From: Promethearchaeota archaeon
GTDB lineage: Archaea > Asgardarchaeota > Lokiarchaeia > Sigyniarchaeales > SOKP01
Reading direction: 5' to 3'
Assembly (NCBI GenBank): GCA_029838195.1
Contig: JALGVJ010000002.1
Coordinates: 1-64,000, forward strand
DNA: 64,000 bases
The notes under the pieces were generated by a model, which was not told the DNA's origin, did no database searches, and was given only the letters and a program-made list of their open reading frames with translations. Below are positions 42,650-52,163 of the stretch, piece by piece (position 1 is the first letter of the stretch; the number at the start of each line of letters is the position of its first letter). A program made the translations under genes and the position numbers.

Positions 42650-42704
42650 TTAATAAATTATTATTTTTTATACACTTCTATTAATAAAAGAAGCATGGGT
42701 TTCA

Positions 42705-43616
42705 ATGAAAAAAAAAAGGACAGCAGTGATCGGAGCGGGCTGGTTTGGAAAAGCACACATTAGAAACTTTTATGAATTATCTAAGCTCGTAGCGGTATGT
42801 GATACGAATAAGGAAACATTATATCGAGCAATTCAACATCTTGAGGGTGTAAATGGATATTATAACGTGGATGAATTAATAAAAAATGAAAATATTGATG
42901 CAGCAAGTGTTGTCATACCTCCTAAAGAAATTCCATCAATATCAAAAAAACTAGCTTCTGCCGGAATAGATATATTAATGGAAAAGCCCTTGGCGTTAGA
43001 TTGGCGTGAATTGATTAATTTAAAATCGTATGATGTTCGAATTATGCCTGGATTTATTGAATTATTTAATCCAGTATTCGAGAAGCTCTTGAGTCATTTA
43101 CCCGAAATTGGAGAAATATACACCATTTCTTCCAAGAGAGTTGGATTATATCCAAGGAGAGAATGGCACATGGGCGTGATATTAGATTTATCCTTTCATG
43201 ACTTATATCTCCAACAAAGGATTATAAAATCTGAAATTATTAAAACCAAGTGCTTTAAAAGATGCTTTAAAGACAATGTTTATGCAGACGCAGCCTTCAT
43301 TATTTTAGATTATGGGAATGCCATTGGCCAGATAGAATCCAATTGGTTAACGCCTTCAAAATTTCGAAGGATGCATGTTAATGGTGAATTTGGGGGGATT
43401 ATTGTGGATTTTCTTACTCAAAAAATGGTCATTCGAAAAGGAATAGACTTACTAGGCGACCGTCCGTTATCGAAGGCTGTAGAATATGAACCTTTAACAA
43501 TTGAAGAGCCTTTAAGAAGAGAAATTTATAATTTTCTTTATGAAAAGGAAGCCAAGGTTACTTTAGAAGAGGGGATCAAAATTTTAGAATTAGCTTTAAA
43601 AATTGTAAATAATTAA
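42705..43616 (+). CDS. Gfo/Idh/MocA oxidoreductase (UDP-GlcNAc 3-dehydrogenase-like)
   Basis: VIGAGWFG, LMEKP, GFIELFNP, DLSFHD. Confidence 0.85.
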   Translation: MKKKRTAVIGAGWFGKAHIRNFYELSKLVAVCDTNKETLYRAIQHLEGVNGYYNVDELIKNENIDAASVVIPPKEIPSISKKLASAGIDILMEKPLALDWRELINLKSYDVRIMPGFIELFNPVFEKLLSHLPEIGEIYTISSKRVGLYPRREWHMGVILDLSFHDLYLQQRIIKSEIIKTKCFKRCFKDNVYADAAFIILDYGNAIGQIESNWLTPSKFRRMHVNGEFGGIIVDFLTQKMVIRKGIDLLGDRPLSKAVEYEPLTIEEPLRREIYNFLYEKEAKVTLEEGIKILELALKIVNN

Positions 43617-43642
43617 ATAGCATTAAGAGAGGTTAAAATATC

Positions 43643-44074
43643 ATGGATGAAAATAGGAATAAAGAAGACTCGCACGAATTGGATCGCATTCGAATGCAAA
43701 AAGTGAAAGCATTGTTAGAAGCTCAAAAAAGAAAACAACAACAAGAAGAAAGAAAATCCAGTATTCAAGATAAAATTGATTATCTTTTACGGGTGGTATT
43801 GAGTCCTGAAGCTCATGCCTATTTTAATAAATTGAAACAAGCAGAACCTTGGGTATATCAGAAAATCTATAACGAGCTAATTAGTCCTGACGTTATTAGA
43901 AACATGGATTATTTGTTAGCAATAATTTCCCGACAAGGAGGCGTACCACGTCGAATTCCGGTGGATGTTATCATGTATCTAGAAAGACAAGTCAAAGGAA
44001 TAAAAGGAACCATTAAAGTAAAGAGAGGCGATGAGGTATTAGATTTGGGTTCCTATTTAACAAAAAATAAATAA
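43643..44074 (+). CDS. PDCD5-like dsDNA-binding protein
   Basis: ELDRIRMQK...LRVVLSPEA...LKQ; C-terminal IKVKR. Confidence 0.6.
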   Translation: MDENRNKEDSHELDRIRMQKVKALLEAQKRKQQQEERKSSIQDKIDYLLRVVLSPEAHAYFNKLKQAEPWVYQKIYNELISPDVIRNMDYLLAIISRQGGVPRRIPVDVIMYLERQVKGIKGTIKVKRGDEVLDLGSYLTKNK

Positions 44075-44205
44075 TCATGAAGATAAAAAACCATAATCTT
44101 CTTATTCTACGTATTATAGTTTTTATTTTTAGATTCACGTTTTAAATTAATTTATTAATTACTCTTTTCGTAATTTATCTTCATTACTCTCAATTAAGTA
44201 TTTCC

Positions 44206-45216
44206 TTGACCATGCTTTTAAAAAGTAATCCTAAGAAAGATTTTATCAGCACGCAAGAGTGGCCTGAAGAGGAGTTACAAAATCTCATTAATTTAACCGA
44301 GGATGTGAAAAAAAATCCAAAAAAATATAATAATTCTTTAATGGGAAAAGCACTCTGCATGTTTTTCTATAACCCATCCACGCGCACGCGAAATTCTACA
44401 GAAGTTGCAGCTTATCAATTGGGAATGCATCCTACTTTCAATAGCATTAAAGATTCATGGATTGGGTATAATTCAGAATCCATTAAGGATACTGCCCATG
44501 TCTTGGCACGGTATTATGACGCTATCGGAATACGGATTTTTCCGGTATCGGTAAATTGGATTTATAAAGAAGGAAATCGAATATTAAGAGAATTCGCAAG
44601 TCATGCGAGGATTCCCATTATAAATTTTGAAGATGATCTTTATCATCCACTCCAAGCCTTAACGGATATTTATACTATAAAAGAAAAATTTCATACACCA
44701 AAAAACAAAAAAATTGTGATATCATGGGCTTACCATCCAAAACCATTGCCATTAAGCGTTCCTAATTCCATATTATTGATAAGCACGAGGTTTGGAATGG
44801 ACGTCACGCTTACTCATCCAAAACATTTTGAATTAGATGAAGAAATAATCAATATGGCAAGGCATAATGCAGAAGAATCCGGAGGATCCTTGACGATCTC
44901 AAATAATATTGAAGAAAGTTATGAAGGTGCGGATGTTGTATATATAAAAAGCTGGGGCTCCTGCGAATTCTACGGAGATCCGAGAGAAGAAAAAAAACTT
45001 CGCCTGCCTTATAAGGAGAGTTGGAGAATTAAAGAAAAATACTTGGAATACACACAGACTAATTCAATAGTAATGCATTGCTTACCAATTAGAAGGAATA
45101 TCGTTGCTGATGATGAAGTTATTGATGGGCCCCATTCCATCGTATATGATCAAGCAGAAAATAGACTATATACAATAAAAGCATTGTTATACTACTTGCT
45201 CAAGGAAAGCAAGTAA
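44206..45216 (+). CDS. N-acetylornithine carbamoyltransferase-type transcarbamylase (ArgF')
   Basis: NPSTRTR, HPLQAL, WAYHPKPLPLSVPNS (AOTCase-type loop), HCLP, QAENR. Confidence 0.8.
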   Translation: MTMLLKSNPKKDFISTQEWPEEELQNLINLTEDVKKNPKKYNNSLMGKALCMFFYNPSTRTRNSTEVAAYQLGMHPTFNSIKDSWIGYNSESIKDTAHVLARYYDAIGIRIFPVSVNWIYKEGNRILREFASHARIPIINFEDDLYHPLQALTDIYTIKEKFHTPKNKKIVISWAYHPKPLPLSVPNSILLISTRFGMDVTLTHPKHFELDEEIINMARHNAEESGGSLTISNNIEESYEGADVVYIKSWGSCEFYGDPREEKKLRLPYKESWRIKEKYLEYTQTNSIVMHCLPIRRNIVADDEVIDGPHSIVYDQAENRLYTIKALLYYLLKESK

Positions 45217-45257
45217 TAAAGGGATCATTATTTTTATAATGTACTAAAAATAGCGCA

Positions 45258-45812
45258 TTATTGCTCCCGAGCAGAAATTACTGCATTTACTTTTATTTCC
45301 CCGTTATCCAATTTTTCAGAATCAATGCTTGCGAACTGAAATGCGAAGGGCCTTTTAAAAACCTGGACCACTAACGGAGCAAAAGAACTAATAGCAAAAA
45401 TTAAAAGGCGTTTTAATATGCTCTCCGTGCTATCTTTTATATTTAACTCTTTCTTTACCTCTTCAACAGCTTCAATCTCTTTCAATGAATAGTGATATTT
45501 GTATACAAGCTTAAAATCGACAGGAGTAGGGGCTTCGGGGTCAGAAAATTCAAGTCCCCGCTTGCGAAAAGGAAAAATCGTATTTAAATAAAAATAAAAA
45601 ATTTCTTCATGATGATCCTTTAATAAATGTGATATTCGGCTTCTGTCTTCATATTTTGGCCAATATCTTTTCATTATCTCTAACAAGCGAGGATAATTTT
45701 TGTACTTGTTTTGACTTTCTTCTGTTAAATAATCCAATAGCCGATTTTTTAGAGGTTTAAATTCACTTTCCCGTGCTACTCTCCTGATGAATTTTTTAAA
45801 ACGAACACTCAT
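45258..45812 (-). CDS. Hypothetical protein
   Basis: 184-aa ORF with no recognised motif. Confidence 0.6.
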   Translation of the reverse strand: MSVRFKKFIRRVARESEFKPLKNRLLDYLTEESQNKYKNYPRLLEIMKRYWPKYEDRSRISHLLKDHHEEIFYFYLNTIFPFRKRGLEFSDPEAPTPVDFKLVYKYHYSLKEIEAVEEVKKELNIKDSTESILKRLLIFAISSFAPLVVQVFKRPFAFQFASIDSEKLDNGEIKVNAVISAREQ

Positions 45813-46128
45813 TCTCTTAAGGAATAAAGTTTATGGTAATTACTCTGATGATCTTTATTTTACTGAGTATTATAGATATATTATCACTATAATATCAAAT
45901 AAATTTATTTATCTCAATTAAACAAAGAATCTATTGCCTTTAGAAAGAAATAATGAAATTGATTAAAAAGTTATTTTTCCTAAAACGAAAATCATGAACA
46001 CGGAAAAATGGAGTTAGAATGATCCCGCATTAATGAAATATCATAATTATTTTTATTACCTATAGATATCATTATTTTATCATGAGATTTGTAAAATAAT
46101 TTTATAAAAGAAAGGAGCTACCACTATA

Positions 46129-47334
46129 ATGAAAAAAACTGCTTTAATATACACGACCGAATACCAAAAATACAATTTTGGTCCCGACCATCCCTTAAGA
46201 CCGCTCCGAATTGAACTCACTTATAGTCTTTTTAGGAAATTAAGTTTGCTAAATTCCAAAACACTTGAAATTCTCACGCCCAGACCTTGTACGGAAGAAG
46301 AAATTGAACTGGTGCACACTAAAGAATATATTAACGCCGTTAAAAAATTAAGTGTTAATCCAAATGATAAATCAGTAAATCCCTTCATGTACGGATTGGG
46401 ACCTGGAGATAATCCCGTTTTTAAAGGAATGTATGAAGCATCCGCATTAGTGTGCGGAGCAAGCGTAACTGCCGCAGAAAAAGTATGGACGGATGATGAT
46501 TTTCGAGCGGCATTCAATCCTGCTGGTGGTTTACATCACGCCATGGCAGATAAAGCTTCAGGCTTTTGCATTTTCAATGATATCGCAGTTGCTATAAAAT
46601 ATTTAAAGAAACTAAAAGAAGATATTCGAATTGCCTATGTTGATATAGATTGTCATCATGGGGATGGCGTGCAATCCATTTTTTATAAAGATCCAAATGT
46701 CCTAACCGTTTCCTATCATCAAGATGGGCGATATTTGTTTCCAGGAACGGGATTTATAAATGAACGGGGAGAAGATCGTGGTGAAGGTTTTTCTATTAAT
46801 TTTCCCTTATTACCAAACACTAATAATAAAATGTATTTAAAAATTTTTAGAACAACCCTTCCAAAAATTCTTGAAATCTATGCGCCTGATATTTTGATCA
46901 CTCAGCTAGGCGTGGATACCTACTATAAAGATCCGCTTACTCAAATGGGTTTATCTCTGGATGCTTATCGCCACATTGCTCAAACATTAAAAACTTGTGC
47001 GTTTGAGTTTTGCAATAATAAATGGCTAGCCATTGGAGGTGGAGGGTATTTATTATCCGTGGTACCTAGAGCTTGGACCATTTTTTTAGCTAAAATGCTC
47101 GATGTTGAATTAAAAAACGAATTACCGGCAAGTTGGATTGAAGAAGTAAAAAAAAAAGCACCTTATGAAGATACCCCCTATTCGTTGTGGGATAGAGACG
47201 ATAGAATTGAAGTTGAACTCCTTTCTCACCCTGAAATTGCCAAAAAAATGATTGAATATGGAAATCAATTGATATCCATAAATGAAGAAAAATATTTACC
47301 TGATTTAGAAGCAAAACTCCGTGCCCTCTCATAA
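46129..47334 (+). CDS. Class I histone-deacetylase-family protein (AcuC-like)
   Basis: HPLRPLR, GGLHHA, SGFC, DIDCHHGDGV, GVD, GGGGY. Confidence 0.9.
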   Translation: MKKTALIYTTEYQKYNFGPDHPLRPLRIELTYSLFRKLSLLNSKTLEILTPRPCTEEEIELVHTKEYINAVKKLSVNPNDKSVNPFMYGLGPGDNPVFKGMYEASALVCGASVTAAEKVWTDDDFRAAFNPAGGLHHAMADKASGFCIFNDIAVAIKYLKKLKEDIRIAYVDIDCHHGDGVQSIFYKDPNVLTVSYHQDGRYLFPGTGFINERGEDRGEGFSINFPLLPNTNNKMYLKIFRTTLPKILEIYAPDILITQLGVDTYYKDPLTQMGLSLDAYRHIAQTLKTCAFEFCNNKWLAIGGGGYLLSVVPRAWTIFLAKMLDVELKNELPASWIEEVKKKAPYEDTPYSLWDRDDRIEVELLSHPEIAKKMIEYGNQLISINEEKYLPDLEAKLRALS

Positions 47335-47611
47335 AATTCTGGAACATTTATGGAGTCTATCTTAGGGATAGCACCTATTCCATTACAAATCGTGGCTTTT
47401 CATGAATTTAATGTGTTTTTTAATCAAGAACTTTACTATATTTTTTAGCAGTCACTCTAAGTGCCATTAAATTAATTAATTCTTATATTCAAGTGATTCA
47501 TTTAAATAATTAGTTAAACTTTGTTTAATTTAATCTATCTTTATTTTTCTTATTTTTTTATAAGATCCACCCTTATTCTTTTTAAATTAATAAATCATGA
47601 AAATTATTAAG

Positions 47612-48723
47612 ATGGATAAAATATTTGACATTTTAGTAGTGGGAGAGCGGGACCTGCCGGCTCAATTGCTGCTAAAGTTGCCGCTGAACAAGGGTTTTCT
47701 ACATGCCTATTGGAAAAAGAAAAATTAGGCAAAGATGGTCGATATAAAGCATGTGGGGGTGCAATTGCTTGGGAGTTAATAGAAGAAATAGATTATCCCG
47801 AGAACAAAATTGAAAGAATTATCGAATCTCTGGAACTCCATCACGTGGATGGTGAACGTTATTCTAAAAAGGGAAAAGGGGCAGTTATATGGAGAAGCGT
47901 TTTTGATAAATTTCTTACTAACATGGCTATTGAAAGTGGAACACTCTTGAAAGATGCTGAAGCATTAATTAATATAGAGAAAGGCGGAGAATTCTATAAT
48001 ATCATTACGAAAAAGGGAATATATAAAGCTAAATATGTCATTGTAGCTGATGGCGCCACCTCACAAACTTTAAAAGCATTAAAATGGCCTTATTTCGAGA
48101 AAAATAATTTAATCTTGACTATTACAAGAGAAATGAAGTCAAAGAAAAATTACATCGATGGAGTTCTAGGAAAAAATGCGGTACACCTTTTTTTTGGCAT
48201 TAAAAATTTAATTCCTATAGGATATGCATGGTTATTTCCCAAGAAAGAAACAATAACTGTAGGCTGGGGCAATCAAATTAATTTAATTAAAAATTCGAGA
48301 GCGGAATTTAAAAAATTCGTCCATTTGCCTTTCGTTAAAGAAGCCCTAAAAAATGCTTCCTTAGAAATCTTCAAGCCCCATTTGATTCCTGTTGGATTAC
48401 GTCCAATGCTCTATAATGAAAATGTTTTTGCCGTAGGAGACGCTGGAGGAATTGTAGACCCTATAAGTGGTAAAGGTATTCCCTATGCCATGATGTCGGG
48501 ACAAATTGCTGTTGAAACCATAGCAACATGCGAAAAAAAAGATAAGATAGATAAAATGGGCGCAATTTATGAGCGAAACTTGGACAAAAAATTTCTTAAA
48601 GTTTTAAAAGCTAAAAGAATGGCCCGTGATAAAATTTTTGAAAGTGATGAAACACTTAAAAAATTTTTATCTCTCTGGGAGACCTATAGATCCTCCCAAA
48701 TAATAATGGGAAAAATGATTTGA
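47612..48723 (+). pseudogene. Geranylgeranyl-reductase-family flavoprotein with a +2 frameshift in the FAD-binding motif
   Basis: ATG 47612 MDKIFDILVVG, then an extra GA at about 47645, then AGPAGSIAAK... in the frame of the 47710 ORF (KACGG, ADG, GYAWLFPK, VGDAGG.VDP.SG.GI). Confidence 0.75.
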
Positions 48724-48785
48724 ATGTATCTTGACTTTTACACGTGATTTTTTCTTCAATAACTTCTCTCTTTACCTAATAACAT

Positions 48786-49295
48786 TTACAAGATGATGGG
48801 TGATGGCTCATCATTTCTAAATAATACGGTCTCCCCTAAATCAACACCATGTTCATTTAACCACGATGAGGGTAAAGCAATATTAAAATCTTCCTTATTA
48901 TCCTCATCAAACTCGAGCAATTCTTCGAGTTCTAAAGTCCTTGTCTTAATTTTATTAGAATCGTTAAAATATTTCATCAATGTTTTTAAATTTTTCAGAT
49001 AGTTTTCATCAATAATTCTATATTTATTTGCTCCAAGTGCTTTAGACACTTCTTTTAAAATAGTATAATTCTTTACCAACTCTCGATAGAAAGGTAATAA
49101 CATGAATTTGTCCGTGAATTTCTCTTTTGAATGCTTCCCCATAAGACTACAGATCTTTATTCGCTTTCCGGGAAGTAACTCGTAATCTTTCATGATAGCA
49201 GGATCTACCGCTACTATATTTTTTGGAGACTTAAGACTGGCTGTAATTTTAGCCAAGTACCAGCCGTGAGAACGAGAAATTATATTCCAATTCAA
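48786..49295 (-). CDS. Hypothetical protein (double-psi/AbrB-like barrel possible)
   Basis: 169-aa ORF; related N- and C-terminal segments (VDPAIMKDYELLPGKRIKI; LPSSWLNEHGVDLGETVLF). Confidence 0.5.
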   Translation of the reverse strand: MNWNIISRSHGWYLAKITASLKSPKNIVAVDPAIMKDYELLPGKRIKICSLMGKHSKEKFTDKFMLLPFYRELVKNYTILKEVSKALGANKYRIIDENYLKNLKTLMKYFNDSNKIKTRTLELEELLEFDEDNKEDFNIALPSSWLNEHGVDLGETVLFRNDEPSPIIL

Positions 49296-49572
49296 TTCAT
49301 TTATTATAATCTATTTGTTCAATTTAAATTTTTCTCTTTTTAACTAAAGAATATTATTAGAAAAATCTAATTAATTAAAAATCAAAGTGGAGAAAAAAGA
49401 CTGATTTATTCTTCATTTTATTAATAAATCATTTAGCATGACTTTAATCAAAATGAAATTTCCCCTTTTAAATATTAAATATATACTCTCCTCATTCTAG
49501 ACTATTTCCCTCCAGTTTTATCATGTTTAAAAAATATTTTGACATTATTTTCATTTTTTTCCTATGAAAAAG

Positions 49573-49601
49573 TTTAAATAAATGGGTAACTAATTATTAC
49601 C
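49573..49601 (+). promoter_or_regulatory. TATA box (TTTAAATA) with purine-rich BRE, followed by an inverted repeat GGTAA-N7-TTACC (candidate operator)
   Basis: GAAAAAG-TTTAAATA at 49566-49580; inverted repeat at 49585-49601. Confidence 0.45.
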
Positions 49602-49607
49602 ATGTAA

Positions 49608-49760
49608 AGAAATTGGAAAGCCATGAACTATGCAAAATATATTCTTATACCTAATTTCCGATTCAGATCGGAGCAATACCTCAACCCTTAACCCTGTTAT
49701 TAGATAATACGTCTCCTCTTCTTTAAATTTTAAAGAAAGGTTCATGCTTTCCAATTTTTC
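49608..49760 (+). ncRNA. Candidate ~150-nt structured small RNA closed by a ~20-bp terminal stem
   Basis: AGAAATTGGAAAG(C)CATGAAC pairs with GTTCATGCTTTCCAATTTTT; two internal hairpins; TATA about 28 nt upstream and oligo-T downstream. Confidence 0.45.
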
Positions 49761-49939
49761 CTTTTTTTTACCTCATGAACAATCACGTGTCAATAATAAT
49801 TTTTAATTTCATGATGAAAATGTTTTTAAAAACAATTGGGATTCAAAGATGCTCTTGAATATGGTTCAAACAAAAATTTTAAAAAGCTGAAGTCCATTAA
49901 TTATTAAGAAAAGAATATATTAGAGAAGAGGCTAAAAAA

Positions 49940-50386
49940 GTGAAAAAAACCATAAAGTTGAGCACGCTTAAAGAAGTTGAGATTGAAGAGGATAATCCCA
50001 AACCATTATTTGAAATGTTAATCAACGAGATTTTAATCCCAAAATATAAAGAAACCGATGATTTTAACTTGACGATTAATATCGTTTTAGAAGAAATGAA
50101 TCAAATTATTAAAGACCACGATTTAGATGCCAAGTTGAAATTAGAGTTGTTGAATGAAATTGAAAATCAATTAGATAAAAGTATCGAACAATTAACGGGA
50201 GTTGGAAAAATCGAAATTCTTTTCTTGAACATGGACGATTACGTGGAAGATATCAAAAAATTAATCATTTCTGGACTAGATAAGCAAGATCTTCGCAACA
50301 GCATGGCTCAATTGATTAGGCCCTTGACTCTTTTCGAATTAACTGAATTATTCATTTACTTAGGTAAAAGAGCTTTTTTAAAATAA
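49940..50386 (+). CDS. Hypothetical helical protein
   Basis: 148-aa ORF, GTG start with GAGG SD. Confidence 0.6.
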   Translation: MKKTIKLSTLKEVEIEEDNPKPLFEMLINEILIPKYKETDDFNLTINIVLEEMNQIIKDHDLDAKLKLELLNEIENQLDKSIEQLTGVGKIEILFLNMDDYVEDIKKLIISGLDKQDLRNSMAQLIRPLTLFELTELFIYLGKRAFLK

Positions 50387-50440
50387 TTTCTTTAATCGAG
50401 AACTTTTTCCCCTCTTTTTCATGTGAAATTTACTTTTCCT

Positions 50441-51451
50441 TCATTCCTTGTTCAATCTTTCTTTTTCATCAAGGGATGTAATGGCTCGCGATTGTAATAC
50501 ATAAATTTGCCCATCTTTTATTGCCCATTCGATATCTTGAGGAAATCCAAAAAATTGTTCGATCCACACGCCCATTTGGAACAAGTGAAAAATTTGCTTC
50601 TCTGATAGGGAGCATTGATTTTTCTTGTCCTCTTCAAGTTCAATAAGGGATGCTCCGAGGCTTGTAGTATGATTCCACATGATTATTTTTTCTTTTTTAC
50701 CCACTTGCATTTTCAAAATTTTACCGGAATTTTTGTCTAAAATGATCATGTCAGGATTAATTTTATTGCTTGTTACGGTTTCGCAAGAACCCCAAGTGGA
50801 ATTGATGATCATTTGATTCAGGTCATTATTTAATACGTTAGCCGTAAATAAAACGCCACCGATATCAGGTTCAATCATTTCTTGAACGATAACCGCGACT
50901 TTAATTTCAGATAAATTTTTTATTCCTATTTTTTTCCCAATTTTTATCATGTAAAGAAGAGCTTGAGGAGAATATAAGGATTTCCAACATCCTTTCATGG
51001 AAGTTAAGATTTCTTCAAGCGTGTTATTATATAAAAAACTTTCTAATTGCCCTGCGAACGATGATTTCTTAGAATCTTCTATAGTAGCAGAGGAGCGAAC
51101 GGCAAAAAAAGGGCTTGAAGCTTTTATTTGTTTTTTGAGTTCATTTAATCCCCATTTTACAGCATTTTCAAGGTCCACGGGTAAAGGTGTTTGGTCTATC
51201 AAATCAAATATTTTTTTCGAAAGACCTAAAACATCCTTAGGAGTATAACCTAAAAAAAGAAGGTTCTTTAACTCTGTTTCATGCGATGAAGATTCTATGA
51301 AATACTCGTGAGCCCGTGTATTAATTATAAAACCTTTAGGAATGGCAAATGGTAATTCTATTAAAGAAATAAGATTCGCTCCTTTTCCCCCTACTAAATT
51401 AACATCGTCCGTCCCTTCCATGAAAAAGGTAATGAATCTTGAATTTCTCAT
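50441..51451 (-). CDS. Stand-alone PEP/pyruvate-binding (PPDK_N ATP-grasp) domain protein
   Basis: VGGKGANL, AVRSSA..ED....SFAGQ, VIVQEM, PQDIEW, LQSRAIT. Confidence 0.88.
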   Translation of the reverse strand: MRNSRFITFFMEGTDDVNLVGGKGANLISLIELPFAIPKGFIINTRAHEYFIESSSHETELKNLLFLGYTPKDVLGLSKKIFDLIDQTPLPVDLENAVKWGLNELKKQIKASSPFFAVRSSATIEDSKKSSFAGQLESFLYNNTLEEILTSMKGCWKSLYSPQALLYMIKIGKKIGIKNLSEIKVAVIVQEMIEPDIGGVLFTANVLNNDLNQMIINSTWGSCETVTSNKINPDMIILDKNSGKILKMQVGKKEKIIMWNHTTSLGASLIELEEDKKNQCSLSEKQIFHLFQMGVWIEQFFGFPQDIEWAIKDGQIYVLQSRAITSLDEKERLNKE

Positions 51452-51686
51452 TAAAATTAATTAACACGATGTTATTAATAAATCTATGTACTCGTGAAGT
51501 ACTAATAAAAACTTGGTTTTTTTTCAGATTCCTTGGTAAGCACCGCGAGGTGTTGATTTCTTCAAATCTTATAGGTATAAATCGTTCGAACGGAATAGTA
51601 AAATAATTATTAGAATATAATAAAGATCCTGAAAATTTAAAATGGTTTTAGTTTAATAAAAAATAGAGCATTTAGGTTTCTTAATA

Positions 51687-52052
51687 TTAATCAATCAAGT
51701 AAAGAATTCCCTTATTATCTTTTTCTGTAATAATTTTTGCTTTCTTATTATTTAGAGAGGTAATGTCTTCTACCGCAAGATTAAGATTCATGATGCAGGG
51801 GATTTCAAACTCCCTGGAAACAATTGCTAAATGAGATCCCATGCCGCCCGTAGTACAAACTACACCGGCTAATTCGGATAAAATGGGACTTAATGCCGTG
51901 GTTCCATCGTTATCTATAATACAAATCTTCCCAAAAGCTTTATCAAACAAATCGATTACATCTTCTAAAGTTTTAATATAAATTAATTCTCCCACTACTT
52001 CCTCGGGAGAAGAACACGATAATCCTTCACCAATTTTCTTCATTAGGGGCAC
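51687..52052 (-). CDS. Stand-alone PEP-utilising mobile (phospho-His swivel) domain
   Basis: TTGGMGSHLAIVSREFEIPC motif. Confidence 0.85.
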   Translation of the reverse strand: MPLMKKIGEGLSCSSPEEVVGELIYIKTLEDVIDLFDKAFGKICIIDNDGTTALSPILSELAGVVCTTGGMGSHLAIVSREFEIPCIMNLNLAVEDITSLNNKKAKIITEKDNKGILYLID

Positions 52053-52163
52053 TCTCGCACGATTAATTTAATGATGTACTAAGATTTAATTTAGAAAAAA
52101 TATATAACATTTTAATAAATTTGATGTAAAATTAAAATTTTAGCTCTTCCTAAGGTAAAAAAA

